Shown one piece after another: positions 54,001-64,000 of a stretch of 64,000 nt of DNA. The stretch's first letter is position 1. Each line of letters starts with the position of its first letter. The notes below the pieces were generated by a model, which saw nothing but the letters and a program-made list of their open reading frames with translations, ran no database searches and was not told the DNA's origin. Location of the stretch: assembly GCA_904063045.1 (NCBI GenBank), contig CAJFCJ010000006.1:2992408-3056407 (forward strand), given 5' to 3'. The translations under genes and the position numbers were made by a program. This DNA is from Dimorphilus gyrociliatus. Taxonomy: Eukaryota > Animalia > Annelida.

Positions 54001-54987
54001 GCGCATAAAATATCTTCCAAATACGCTCATGTTCAATTGGATCATTTAAATATAGTTGCAACTTTAGGAGTCGGTGGATTCGGTAGGGTTGAATTGGTTA
54101 CGTCACCTCTCTTCCCTGGGGAATCTTTGGCTTTAAAGTGCCTAAAAAAGAAGCACATTGTCGATACACGTCAACAGGAGCATATAAAATCAGAAAAGAA
54201 GATAATGATGGAAGCTGATTCACCTTTCATCGCTAAATTATTCAAAACGTTCAGGGACACTAAATATGTTTATCTTCTAATGGAGGCTTGTCTTGGAGGT
54301 GAATTATGGACAGTTCTTAGAATAAAGGGCACATTTGATGATTCGACTGCCAGATTTTGCGTTTCTTGCGTTCTTGAGGCATTTGAATATTTACACAATA
54401 AGAACATAGTTTATCGCGATCTGAAACCGGAAAATCTTCTTGTAGACTCAACCGGCTTTGTCAAGTTAGTGGATTTCGGCTTCGCCAAAAAGCTATCGGC
54501 CGGTAGAAAGACGTGGACGTTCTGCGGTACACCAGAGTACGTAGCGCCAGAAATTATCCTTAACAAGGGACACGATTTCGCGGCAGATTATTGGGCTATA
54601 GGAATTCTTATGTTTGAATTATTAACCGGTAATCCGCCTTTTGTTGCACCGGATCCCATGAAAACCTATAATATAATATTGGAGGGGATTGAGAAGATTG
54701 GTATGCCGAAGAAAGTTAGCAGAAATGCAGCAAATCTTATCAGGAAGCTCTGTAAAAGTAATCCAACCGAAAGATTGGGATACGGTAAGAACGGATTACT
54801 AGATATAAGGAAACATAGGTGGTTTCAGGGTTTTGATTGGAATGGCTTAAAAACTAGAACTATGCCCATTCCGAAAGCTATCAAGCCTTGCGTGAATGGT
54901 CCAACTGATACATCAGTCTTTGATCATTATGACAAAGACTCAAATATTCCCGAAGACGAACTCTCCGGTTGGGATGAGGACTTTTAG
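47811..54987 (+). CDS. PRKG: cGMP-dependent protein kinase (PKG)
   Basis: Core exons 52694/52713-53050, 53130-53897, 53967-54987. Leucine-zipper [14 protein letters not shown], pseudosubstrate [11 protein letters not shown], two cNMP domains ([30 protein letters not shown]), kinase [27 protein letters not shown], and end [11 protein letters not shown] putative upstream coding exon at 47811-47887 has lower confidence. Confidence 0.93.
47925..48060. repeat. Interrupted (TA)n microsatellite
   Basis: TA runs interrupted by CAG/CTA, read directly from the sequence. Confidence 0.9.
50340..50435. repeat. Pyrimidine-rich (CT)n/(CTTT)n tract
   Basis: Read directly from the sequence. Confidence 0.85.
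52294..52486. promoter_or_regulatory. Convergent pair of CTCF-like sites upstream of the main PKG exon
   Basis: ATCGTAGGTGGCGCC (+, 52294-52308) and CCCAATAGATGGCCC (-, 52472-52486). Confidence 0.45.
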
Positions 54988-55525
54988 ATAGATAGATCAC
55001 AAATTCAAAGAATTAAGAAAATAACAAAAAAAGTAAATATAACAAACAAAAAAACATGATAAAAAGGAAACGGTGCTGTTCTTACTCACACACGAAACTT
55101 GCCTATCAATTTCTTATACATTATATGTTTTACAGTAGTGTCTTCTACTTTTGCAACGCCATGTGTCTATTAAAAGTTATTATATACATTCAGTATGTTA
55201 GTTAAACATCTTGCTCTGCTATTGTAGGAATTATATTTACAATATTCTCCTAAAAATATCTCCCTCCCTTGCCTAAAGAGAAAAACAAATCATACGTACA
55301 ACATTTATCACATCGTCAGCGTTATTAGAGTGCTAGCTTATCGATTGGAAAAAACATAAAAACGCAGCTCCTTTCTATCTTACCTGCAAACCAACTTAGT
55401 GTCATAATTATGTTCTCTTTAAAACATTTAATTGTTTCTATATCTAAGGTGAATTAGAGACGTTCAATAGGTTAAGATATATTTCAAGTTTTTGCAAAGC
55501 AGAATTCATAACGAAAAAATCAATT

Positions 55526-58013
55526 TTATTGTTTTTTTAACCGGTACGTTATATACTTCAAAAGAATACTTATTATTAACAACAAAATAGAAGCTATATA
55601 TATCCATTTTTTCACTGCCTCTGAGTCATAAATCTGGCAGAAATTGTCTGTAAATATTAGAATATTATAATAATATCAAGATAATGTCGAAATTAAGCTT
55701 TTACCTGCGGGACACTGATAAGATTTTGTTAGACAATAATAATTTACTACCTTTTGATATACCAAAGGCACCGGTATCCATACTATTTTATATAAATAAA
55801 TACTTATTAGAAAATATTTTTGTTGAAATTATAAATAAAGTTGTTTACCAAATAAATTTGTCAAAAATAAAGTTGTGGTTAATGAGGCACAAGAAAATCC
55901 TCTGTTGGCTAATCTGTAATTAATAATTTATTAATGTATTTAATATAAATAAACATATATATATATATATATATATATATAGATATTGAAAGAACACACT
56001 TCATAGTAACATCAATTGAAACGATTCTGTTAAGTATCTCAATAATTATCAAAAGAAGTGTGAGCGTTATAAAAGCTTCGGAAGGACAGAAACTTTTATC
56101 ACATAATCCTTGTTTGGCAGTTTGTAGATGCGATTTAATACATCCGCAATTCGAAAATGTCTATAACAAACATTAATAAATCATTTTATAAGTGATATTA
56201 TTTAATTATGCTTTTTTTTTATTTACAATATTATCCGTTGTACATCCAGCAAAGCAGGCCGAAAAATAATTATTTCCGTCATCACCGCATACAGGTTCGA
56301 AATTATTCAAACAGGAACAATTTGAATTACAATTCTGGTGTAGGCTAATAAATACATAATGAGATATAAATAATTGATAATGTTACACTTTAAGAAGGTA
56401 TACCCAGCTGTTTTATAGTTGTTTATACCAACAATGTGAGTTTTTTCACACTTTAATTGGCTTAGAACTAATATACCAGCTAAAAATATAAAAGTTGAAA
56501 ATATTACAAGGCGTAATAGATTCTTAAATTCAAGTTTGATTCTCTTTAGTATGATTCCTGAGAAAATTCCAGTAAGACAAATGACTGACATATAAAGAAG
56601 AGCTGTAAATCATTTCATCATGAATAAATTATCAGTTTTAATAATTTAATTATAATTTCTTACTCAAAGGAACATTTTTCAAATTTGTAAAACTTCCATA
56701 ATCATCATATAAAAAACTTAAAACATCTAACAAAATAATCTCTAATGAAAAATATTTGAATATCTCAGATATTATAAATAGAAAGAGAGGAATGTTTGTA
56801 AAATATCTTTTGAGATGAATCTTTAAATCTGTCCGAAAGAAGAATATATTAAAATAATAAAGAATAGATACAGTAACATATAATTATGTATTATAAATTA
56901 TATGTACTGTATACATTATTCAATAATAATCTCTATCATTCAATAAGAATTTACCATATTTATCTCTAGGAAGAGACTTTGCTTGATTGCATTCTGTTGC
57001 AAAGGCGATTACATTATTGTTTGTTGAATTGAACTGTCTTCTATTTGAAATATCAGAACCGTTTCTTACTTTACGGAATGATACAAATGGAACAATTAAT
57101 GCTCCGATACTCAATGAGAATATAATAAATCCCAACCACCAAGCTCCTTCATTGCTTTGGTTTTTGTGTATTACTGAAAAAAAAAGGTGGGGCTATATAA
57201 TGGTATGGCGAGCATGCTCTATTGAACTAATGCAAATAGCTTTCTATTCATTGTAGACTATTCCTTATATTATTATTTAATGTCACATATTTCTATATAT
57301 TAATAGAAAACAAAGGAAATACTTGACTATTTCATATTAACTTACTCACCTACTAAAGTTTCTGGTAACTTCTTTAATAGAATAACCAAATATTTGGCAA
57401 GAACACTTCCAATAGTCTTCCAACATATTACAATTCCAATGAATAAATAGTTCCAACCATTTTTAGAATTTTCATAAAAATGCGATAGTCCTAATGGTAA
57501 TAAGCCACCTTGTCCAAAACTGATAAATATTCTAGATATAAGAAGAAAGGAGAATGAAATTTTGCCTTTTAATTCTCCTACTACATCTTCTTTACATGAG
57601 ATTTTATTTACTTCGTCGTTAGGATGACAGATCTTACGTTCTTCTTCGGAAAATTTATCGTCTTTTGAGAATGATAACCCAAAGATAAAAAATGGAAGAA
57701 CAATTATTATGTTTCCAATTGCTAAACTAGCACAGCAAACTCCTAGTACTTTGGTTTTTTGCTTTACGAAACTAAAAATAATTGTTGTAAGGAGAACGAA
57801 GGATGCAACCCAGTGAATTTGTTGACCATTGAAAACAAGACGATTCTCTATTGTAGGAAAAACCTTCTTATAGTACACTTCAGAGAGATCGTAGAGGAAT
57901 ACAGCCAATGAAAATAGTCCTATATATTTAACAGAAACAAGATTATTTTTTGGTGGAATATTTTGGTCATTTTCTCTTATTTCATCACGTTCTTCTTCAT
58001 GATCGGATGACAT
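55526..58013 (-). CDS. Divergent organic anion transporting polypeptide (OATP/SLCO family)
   Basis: Multi-exon model. TM pattern; extracellular CHPND..C loop; GAWWLGF; Kazal-like CNSNCSCLNNFEPVCGDDGNNYFSACFAGC; FSNCGC; WIPVPLVY; C-terminal C..YD. Stop at 55526. Confidence 0.8.
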
Positions 58014-58290
58014 ATTTTCTTAGCCATTCGATTTATTTCAATTCCTTTTTTAGCTAATTGAATAAGGCCCTTTGAATCCAGACTCTCATAGGTAATTTTG
58101 ATTAGAGTGGTATGACGTTGTCATGTTGCCCTAGCAAGTGTTGGGTTAGCCAGTCTTCCAAAACAATCATTTCAAAGAATTTAATGTTCAAGGTTAGTGT
58201 TAGAAATACCTGCACAAATGAAGCGCGGAACATGAGACCCTCATTCAAAAATTAACGCTCGGTGATTGGTTGTTAATCGAGCCGGTAAAT

Positions 58291-61200
58291 ATGGCGTCGA
58301 TTCGAAAACGCAAGAGGACAATGTTAGAAGATATACGTCATTCAACTTCAAACTTTGATATTTTGAGGAAGATGACCGAGAATAAACGGAAGAGAACAGA
58401 AACAAGTGACGGAAACGATTCCAAGGTATGTTTATTTTGCTTAAAAAACATGTTTATTTTGAGCCGGGCAACCGGTGAATTATGTATTTACATTGTGGTA
58501 AGTTATCATTCAAAAAATGCAAATAGATAGTCCATAGAATTGTGAAAAGGTCTATTTAAACCACTTAAAAGATAAAAACCATCAAATTCAAGCAATCCGT
58601 TTATCACAAATTGTTTTAAATTGTTTGATAAAGAAAATCTCATTAGTTGATAAACAATAAACAGTTCACTATTGATATTACTTAAACTCACTTTCCTTTT
58701 CTACCAACTTTTAGAAAAGAAGACATTCTACTGATCATGTTCCATTTAAACGAACATTCAGCAGAGTTTCAACAAGGTCAAAATCAAGCGTGAAAACGGA
58801 AGATAATGAAGACAATAAGAACATTTTTAGTAATATAAGAGGAAGTATACGACGCTCCTTAAGGCTTAAAGTTCATAACAAGCTACAAGTTTGTAGATTA
58901 TTTCTCTTTTGCGGTGAATTATGAATTTCGTTTACATCAAATTATTTCAGAAAACAGCAATGAAAGGACAAGAAGATTATAACTTACCAAATTTGGAAAA
59001 TGATTTGCAATATATGAGATTTATAAGTGCGCAAAAGAAGAAGAGGGGAACAAATCTACCAAAGGTAAGATATATTTTTTAAGCTTTTTCACTTTTAGCA
59101 AATGTCATGAGATGAGATTAAAAAATATCTAGGTCATATCATGTTAAACGACACTGGCACCTGGCCTTTTTTAAGGGGCATCTAGCACCTGTCGAATTTT
59201 CTATTAAACTTCGTAGTAACAATGTCATGGAACATCTGTCTCGAGATTTTCAAATTAGACTGTTAAGATCATATTTTATTTTTCAAATTTATCCTTTGAA
59301 GTGATTCTTCTTCCAATACATTTGTAGTGTCAATAAACTTCCTTTGAAAGCATGAAAAAAAAAATCACCTGTCGGATATTTCAATCGCTTAAAAGCCGCG
59401 AGGCCTATGAATATATATCGTTTAACAATTATACCTCCCCTGTTAAAAGAATAATGCATCTTATACCTTGAATATAAGAACGTACTTTTCAAAGAAAATA
59501 TTAAGATTCTGCTGACATCTAATCCATTATTATAATTACAGGAAATTGCTTTAGAACAAAAAATTGAGCAAGAATTAAAACTACGCAATGGTGCAATAAA
59601 ATTACTGTCAGCGTGTTCCAAGCAAAGTGAAAGTCAACAGTCTCTAGAAGCAGCAAAGTCGCTTTTTATGTCAAATATGAGAATGAAAAGCCTAATGGAC
59701 AAACTTCGAACAGAGGAAAATCGTTCTTCAGCTTGCCTCGGTAAAGTGAGTGTAAGTTCAATTAAAGTTCCTCTTTTGTGGCGTGAGAAAGAAAATTTAA
59801 AACCTGGTAAATTTACGGGAAGAAATTTTGTTGCATTCGCTGTTTTAAAAATCGATTCGGAAGTATTTGACACACAATTGGTGTACGTTACACCAGAGAA
59901 TAATAATTTAGCCTTTGAGGATATTTGTGTATTGTAAGTAAACTATTACATAATCACTTTTACAAGCAAAGACTAATGACAGTTTTTTTACTGTACTTTA
60001 CTTTTTGTTAGCCCAAATGTCAGCTACAATTTTAATTGTGAATTAGAAATTTATTGTCACCGACTTGGCTATAATGAACTTCCATCTTCAATAACGACAA
60101 GCTCCACCGCAGCTAGCACTCCAAGGAAACTAAAAAACCGACTATCAAAAATATCAGATTCCATAACCCGGTCTTTCAGTCGAAAACTGTCAACTATGGT
60201 GAAAATTGAAGAAAGTGATGGAACTATGATAATGTAAGAACATGAAACCATTTCCTCTGCTGACTTTCTCTATAAAATTATTTTTTGTACTTTTAGCGGA
60301 CCAAAATTCGATTTGTTGGCGTCAACAACTTTAACTTTACAAGACGTCTGTGAAAAAGGAAAGACTTTAGATTTGAGACTAGAAGATTCGGAAAACAGTA
60401 AATTTCGATTTTTTTAATGTTGCTATTACAATAATTTATATTTTTCTTATATTAGATCCTGTAAATAAACTGCAGCTTTTTGGTCATCTGGTTTGCAGGG
60501 TAGCTGCGATACCATATTGTTTAACAGATGTCACTCTAGTTGGTTACCTCTCAATAAACTGCAATAGGGGTGGTGGATGGTGTCCATACTTTTGTGAATT
60601 AAGATCTATGCAATTATCTTGCTGGGAAGATAAATCAGACGTGAATAAAATGGCTCCAGTTTTGACAATCCGTATAAACAAGGTTAGAGAAAGAAGATGC
60701 TTCTTCGTTATTTTTTTTTATACAAGCTTTATTTTACATTAATGTATCCGTATGAAATCCATCACATGACATATTTTGACAAATGTAACCGAAATATGAT
60801 AAGAGCGAGAGGAAAAAAAAGCAGTTTGCTATAGAAGAAAATATAACACATCTGTAATACATTTACTATTAATCATTTCAGGATGTACAAATAACTCAAC
60901 TCCCAGAAACTTCTAATTCGACCCTGCCAGGCCATTGTCGAGATTCTTTGCTCATTAACACTGTTGATGCTAGTTTTGAAATACTTGCCGCTTCAAACAG
61001 GGAGTTAAGAAAATGGTGGAATGCTTTACAGCAGCATCTTGTTGATCAAGGTATTTAAAAAAAAATACAATTTTCTTATTATTTTACGAACTAGGAAAAT
61101 AGAACATTATTAACTGATAATTATTTCCGTCTTTTGACAGCTCTGTGGCAGCATGCATGCGATTATCAAATGAGCATGGAACCGACTTTAGATTTAACTG

Positions 61201-61456
61201 ATTCTGAAATTCGCCCGGTCACAAAATACCGACGACGTTCATCTACTGCCCCAACTCTTGGTGTTCGAGCTCTTCTTCACGGTAGTATACAATTAAAAAC
61301 AAAAAATGTTTATTCTTACAAGTCATTTATTTTGTATTAGATACGCAACAAGATTCCACCCTATCTCCAATGACTAAAGTTCTTAAGCGATTAAACGACC
61401 AAGAATCTCATGGAAATCAACTTCAATTATTTAATACTGTAGAAACTATAGTATAA
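58291..61456 (+). CDS. RTKN: Rhotekin-like protein (HR1 + anillin-homology + PH)
   Basis: About 10 canonical GT-AG exons. HR1 LEQKIEQELKLRNGAIKLLSAC..QSLEAAKSLF, AH GKVSVSSIKVPLLW, LFGHLVCRVAAIP, PH ..RELRKWWNALQQH, C-terminus ETIV. Confidence 0.87.
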
Positions 61457-61757
61457 ATGCGGACTCCCCTGTAGAAAATGGGAGACTAGTAGTAGATGTA
61501 ATAACGAACTAAATAATATTTTATATACAAAAAAGTATAAATGCTACTTCTTTTTATAAGGATATAATGAACACGTTTTGTTATCGACTTATATCGTCTT
61601 TCCGTTAATTATTCTTTTGTTTTTTTATAGTATATTTAAATACAGATTTCTGAGTGGTTCGTTAAACTAATCTCCGCTTTTTCTAGTTGCAATATTTTGC
61701 CGATCAATTGGTCAAAAACAAAACCGGTATCAGTAGCAGACGACAACGCCCAGAAAG

Positions 61758-64000
61758 ATGGCGTCCGGGGCGCTCCTAAAGGAAGAATTTGTTTTTATCA
61801 TCAATCTCTGTATCTTTATAGAAAGAATTGGAGCATATAATTTAGATGTTAATACTGTATTAGCTAACAAAGGAGATGATAACTCAGCCTTCGGGTATTC
61901 TATAGCACAACACTGGGATGGCAAAAGAGCTACGTAAGTTTTATAGGCTACTTTTTATCTCATTATTTATTAGAAGTAAGCTTAACTATTCTATATATTT
62001 TAACAAATCAATACTTTTTAAATAAGCTATATCTGTGAATATAAATCTTTTTTATGGGGGCCATTTCCGGTCGCATACTTTCTAGCGGATTGATAGACAC
62101 TGGCTGTTTTTTCTCCAGAATTTTTATTGCATGAAGGGCTCCTATCAATTCTTTGTTTGACAAGCTTTATACAATACTGAACGTTGACCTAAATAAATTA
62201 ATAGTTTTCTGATAAAATTTGTTAGGTTTTTGTTCTAAAAAAAAAAAGAAATACTTAATTTAAACTATTCATTGTTCCTTTAATGTTTTATATTTTCCAA
62301 CGCAAATCATTAAACAAATTTTTATGAACAGTCTATTTTTAAAAAATAACTATTTTAAAGTAAAAAATAATATACTTAACAATAGTTTTCTCATTGTTTG
62401 ATGATTATTCATCACGGATTGTAATCTCCAAAATATCCGGTTGCTGAAAAACACACTTTATCAAATACTCTTGATAGAATGTCTGTTTTTTTTTAAAAAA
62501 AACTTTCCATTTATAAAAAGATCTTATGTTGACAATGTTTATTGTTCAGATCCGAAAATTTGATAAGAATCTTTTTGTAGTTTGAAAAAGAAAATTGAAA
62601 AGGATAAAACGAATTATTATGTTTTCTTAACTGTTTTACAGGTGATAAGTTTTATTGCTTGAGGGCAACAGACTAAAATTAAGTAAACACACTGGAACAT
62701 ATTTTTTATCCAGATGAAATGAAAACACCGATCAATTGTGATAAACTGTTTATTATACAATAATTTTTTTCCTGTCAATTATCACTTATTTTACAGACTA
62801 TATCTAAAATTAACTAATCTACATTTAATGCTTGATACCCCTTTTTGTGAACTAAATTATAATTAGGCCTATTCTAATAGTACAACTTGTTTTACAGGCT
62901 ATTAGTTGGTTCGCCATTGCATTCATCTACATATAATAATGAAATTGAGGACTTTAGCTGCAAACACTCTTCATTATTAGAAAATGAGTTATATAGAAGA
63001 AAACCTGGCTCAACCTTTCAATGTGACATCGAAGCCACTACTAAACAGTTAAACAATTGTTCCTACTGGATTACCGGATGGGAAACTTGCCTCCCAACGG
63101 CGTTATATAAACTAGAAGGACTAAAACCCAATAGTCCTTACAATGTTCAAGAGAGCCGAAGAGGAATGGGCTTGGGAACAGTTGTTCATTCGTCCTCAAA
63201 AGATCGAAGTGTTGATCCACTTAAGTATGAATCTCTTGCCTGTGCCCCTTTGTGGTCAACAGTGTTAAATACTGAGGAAAAAATGTTCACCATGGGTACT
63301 TGTTTTCGTGAACCAATAGAGGTAAAAAAAATATTTGTGTTGTAGTTCTAAATCAACAGGCAAATTAAATTTTTCAGACACCCCCGAGTAGAAGAGCCAA
63401 AGGTTATGATTGGTTTACTTTCTCAAGACCGGCCAAATTAAATCTTGACAGTCGCTCGGATATCCAGGATATTTTTCAATTTTTTCATAACTCAGCCCAA
63501 GGATTCTCAGTCGATAGTAATAAAAAAAGTCAAGTTCAAGTTGCGGGAGCACCTCTAGCCAATTTTTTCAGAGGTGGATTTATTATATCCTTAATCGGTG
63601 ATGAAGAGGAGTATAAAGGGAAAAACAATAGGGATGAAACTGCTAAGGTTGGACGATATGTCTTACATTATCCAACAGGAAATAACCGCTTGAAGAGATT
63701 GGATAAAATACATTATTCGGGTATGTTGGGATATTCTGTAGCTCTACTTAGTGTTACAGATCCTAAAGATCCACGCAGATTTGATGATAAATATCGCACT
63801 AGCTTTACTAAGTGTTTGGCATATAATAATTCAAATGACTGCAGGCATGATGAGAGAATGAAACTATTTAAGAAATGTTCAAAAGGTGACTTTGAGATAT
63901 GTCGGCTAAGCACACTGGAATTAACGCCACATTTTTATAGCAATGTTGGTGTTGTTGCTGGAGCACCAGCTCTCGAAACGTCTAGTGGCGCATTAGTCCT
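61758..64000 (+). CDS. Integrin alpha subunit (no I domain), 5' part; runs off the window end
   Basis: Signal peptide then YNLDV..SAFGYSIA (61758-61933), LLVGSP..GLGTVV..ACAPLW..GTCF (62899-63321), and an open exon 63378->64000 with QGFSV, VAGAP, MLGYSVA, VVAGAP FG-GAP repeats. Confidence 0.9.

Overview
Eukaryotic (animal) genomic DNA, very AT-rich and unusually gene-dense, with many 50-100 nt GT-AG introns. Gene content and compactness suggest a miniaturised lophotrochozoan genome such as the annelid Dimorphilus gyrociliatus (inference only). I reconstruct 16 spliced protein-coding genes by hand: SART1 (partial), Pellino, ACP6-like, a C2H2/Ikaros-type zinc-finger gene, NUDT9, PXYLP1, KAT5/Tip60, a neuropeptide-type GPCR, R3HCC1, a Sulfotransfer_3-type sulfotransferase, a theta/delta-like GST, two tandem nAChR alpha subunits, PKG, a divergent OATP/SLCO, Rhotekin and an integrin alpha (partial). 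I found no tRNA, rRNA, CRISPR or intact transposon. Main unexplained signals: (1) a PXYLP1 intron bounded by a perfect 14-bp terminal inverted repeat whose best-fitting donor is non-canonical GA; (2) about 35 TA-CAG-TA / TA-CTG-TA motifs, many inside TA microsatellites, matching the Tc1/mariner excision footprint; (3) an R3HCC1 whose R3H domain appears reachable only from a CUG start codon; (4) five RTCACGTGAC E-boxes within about 8 kb of the nAChR pair; (5) about 11 CTCF-like sites, many promoter-proximal; (6) a myristoylation-signal GST, a 4-Cys insert in the integrin propeller, and a distant coding first exon for PKG. All counts and alignments are manual, and homolog sequences are recalled from memory.
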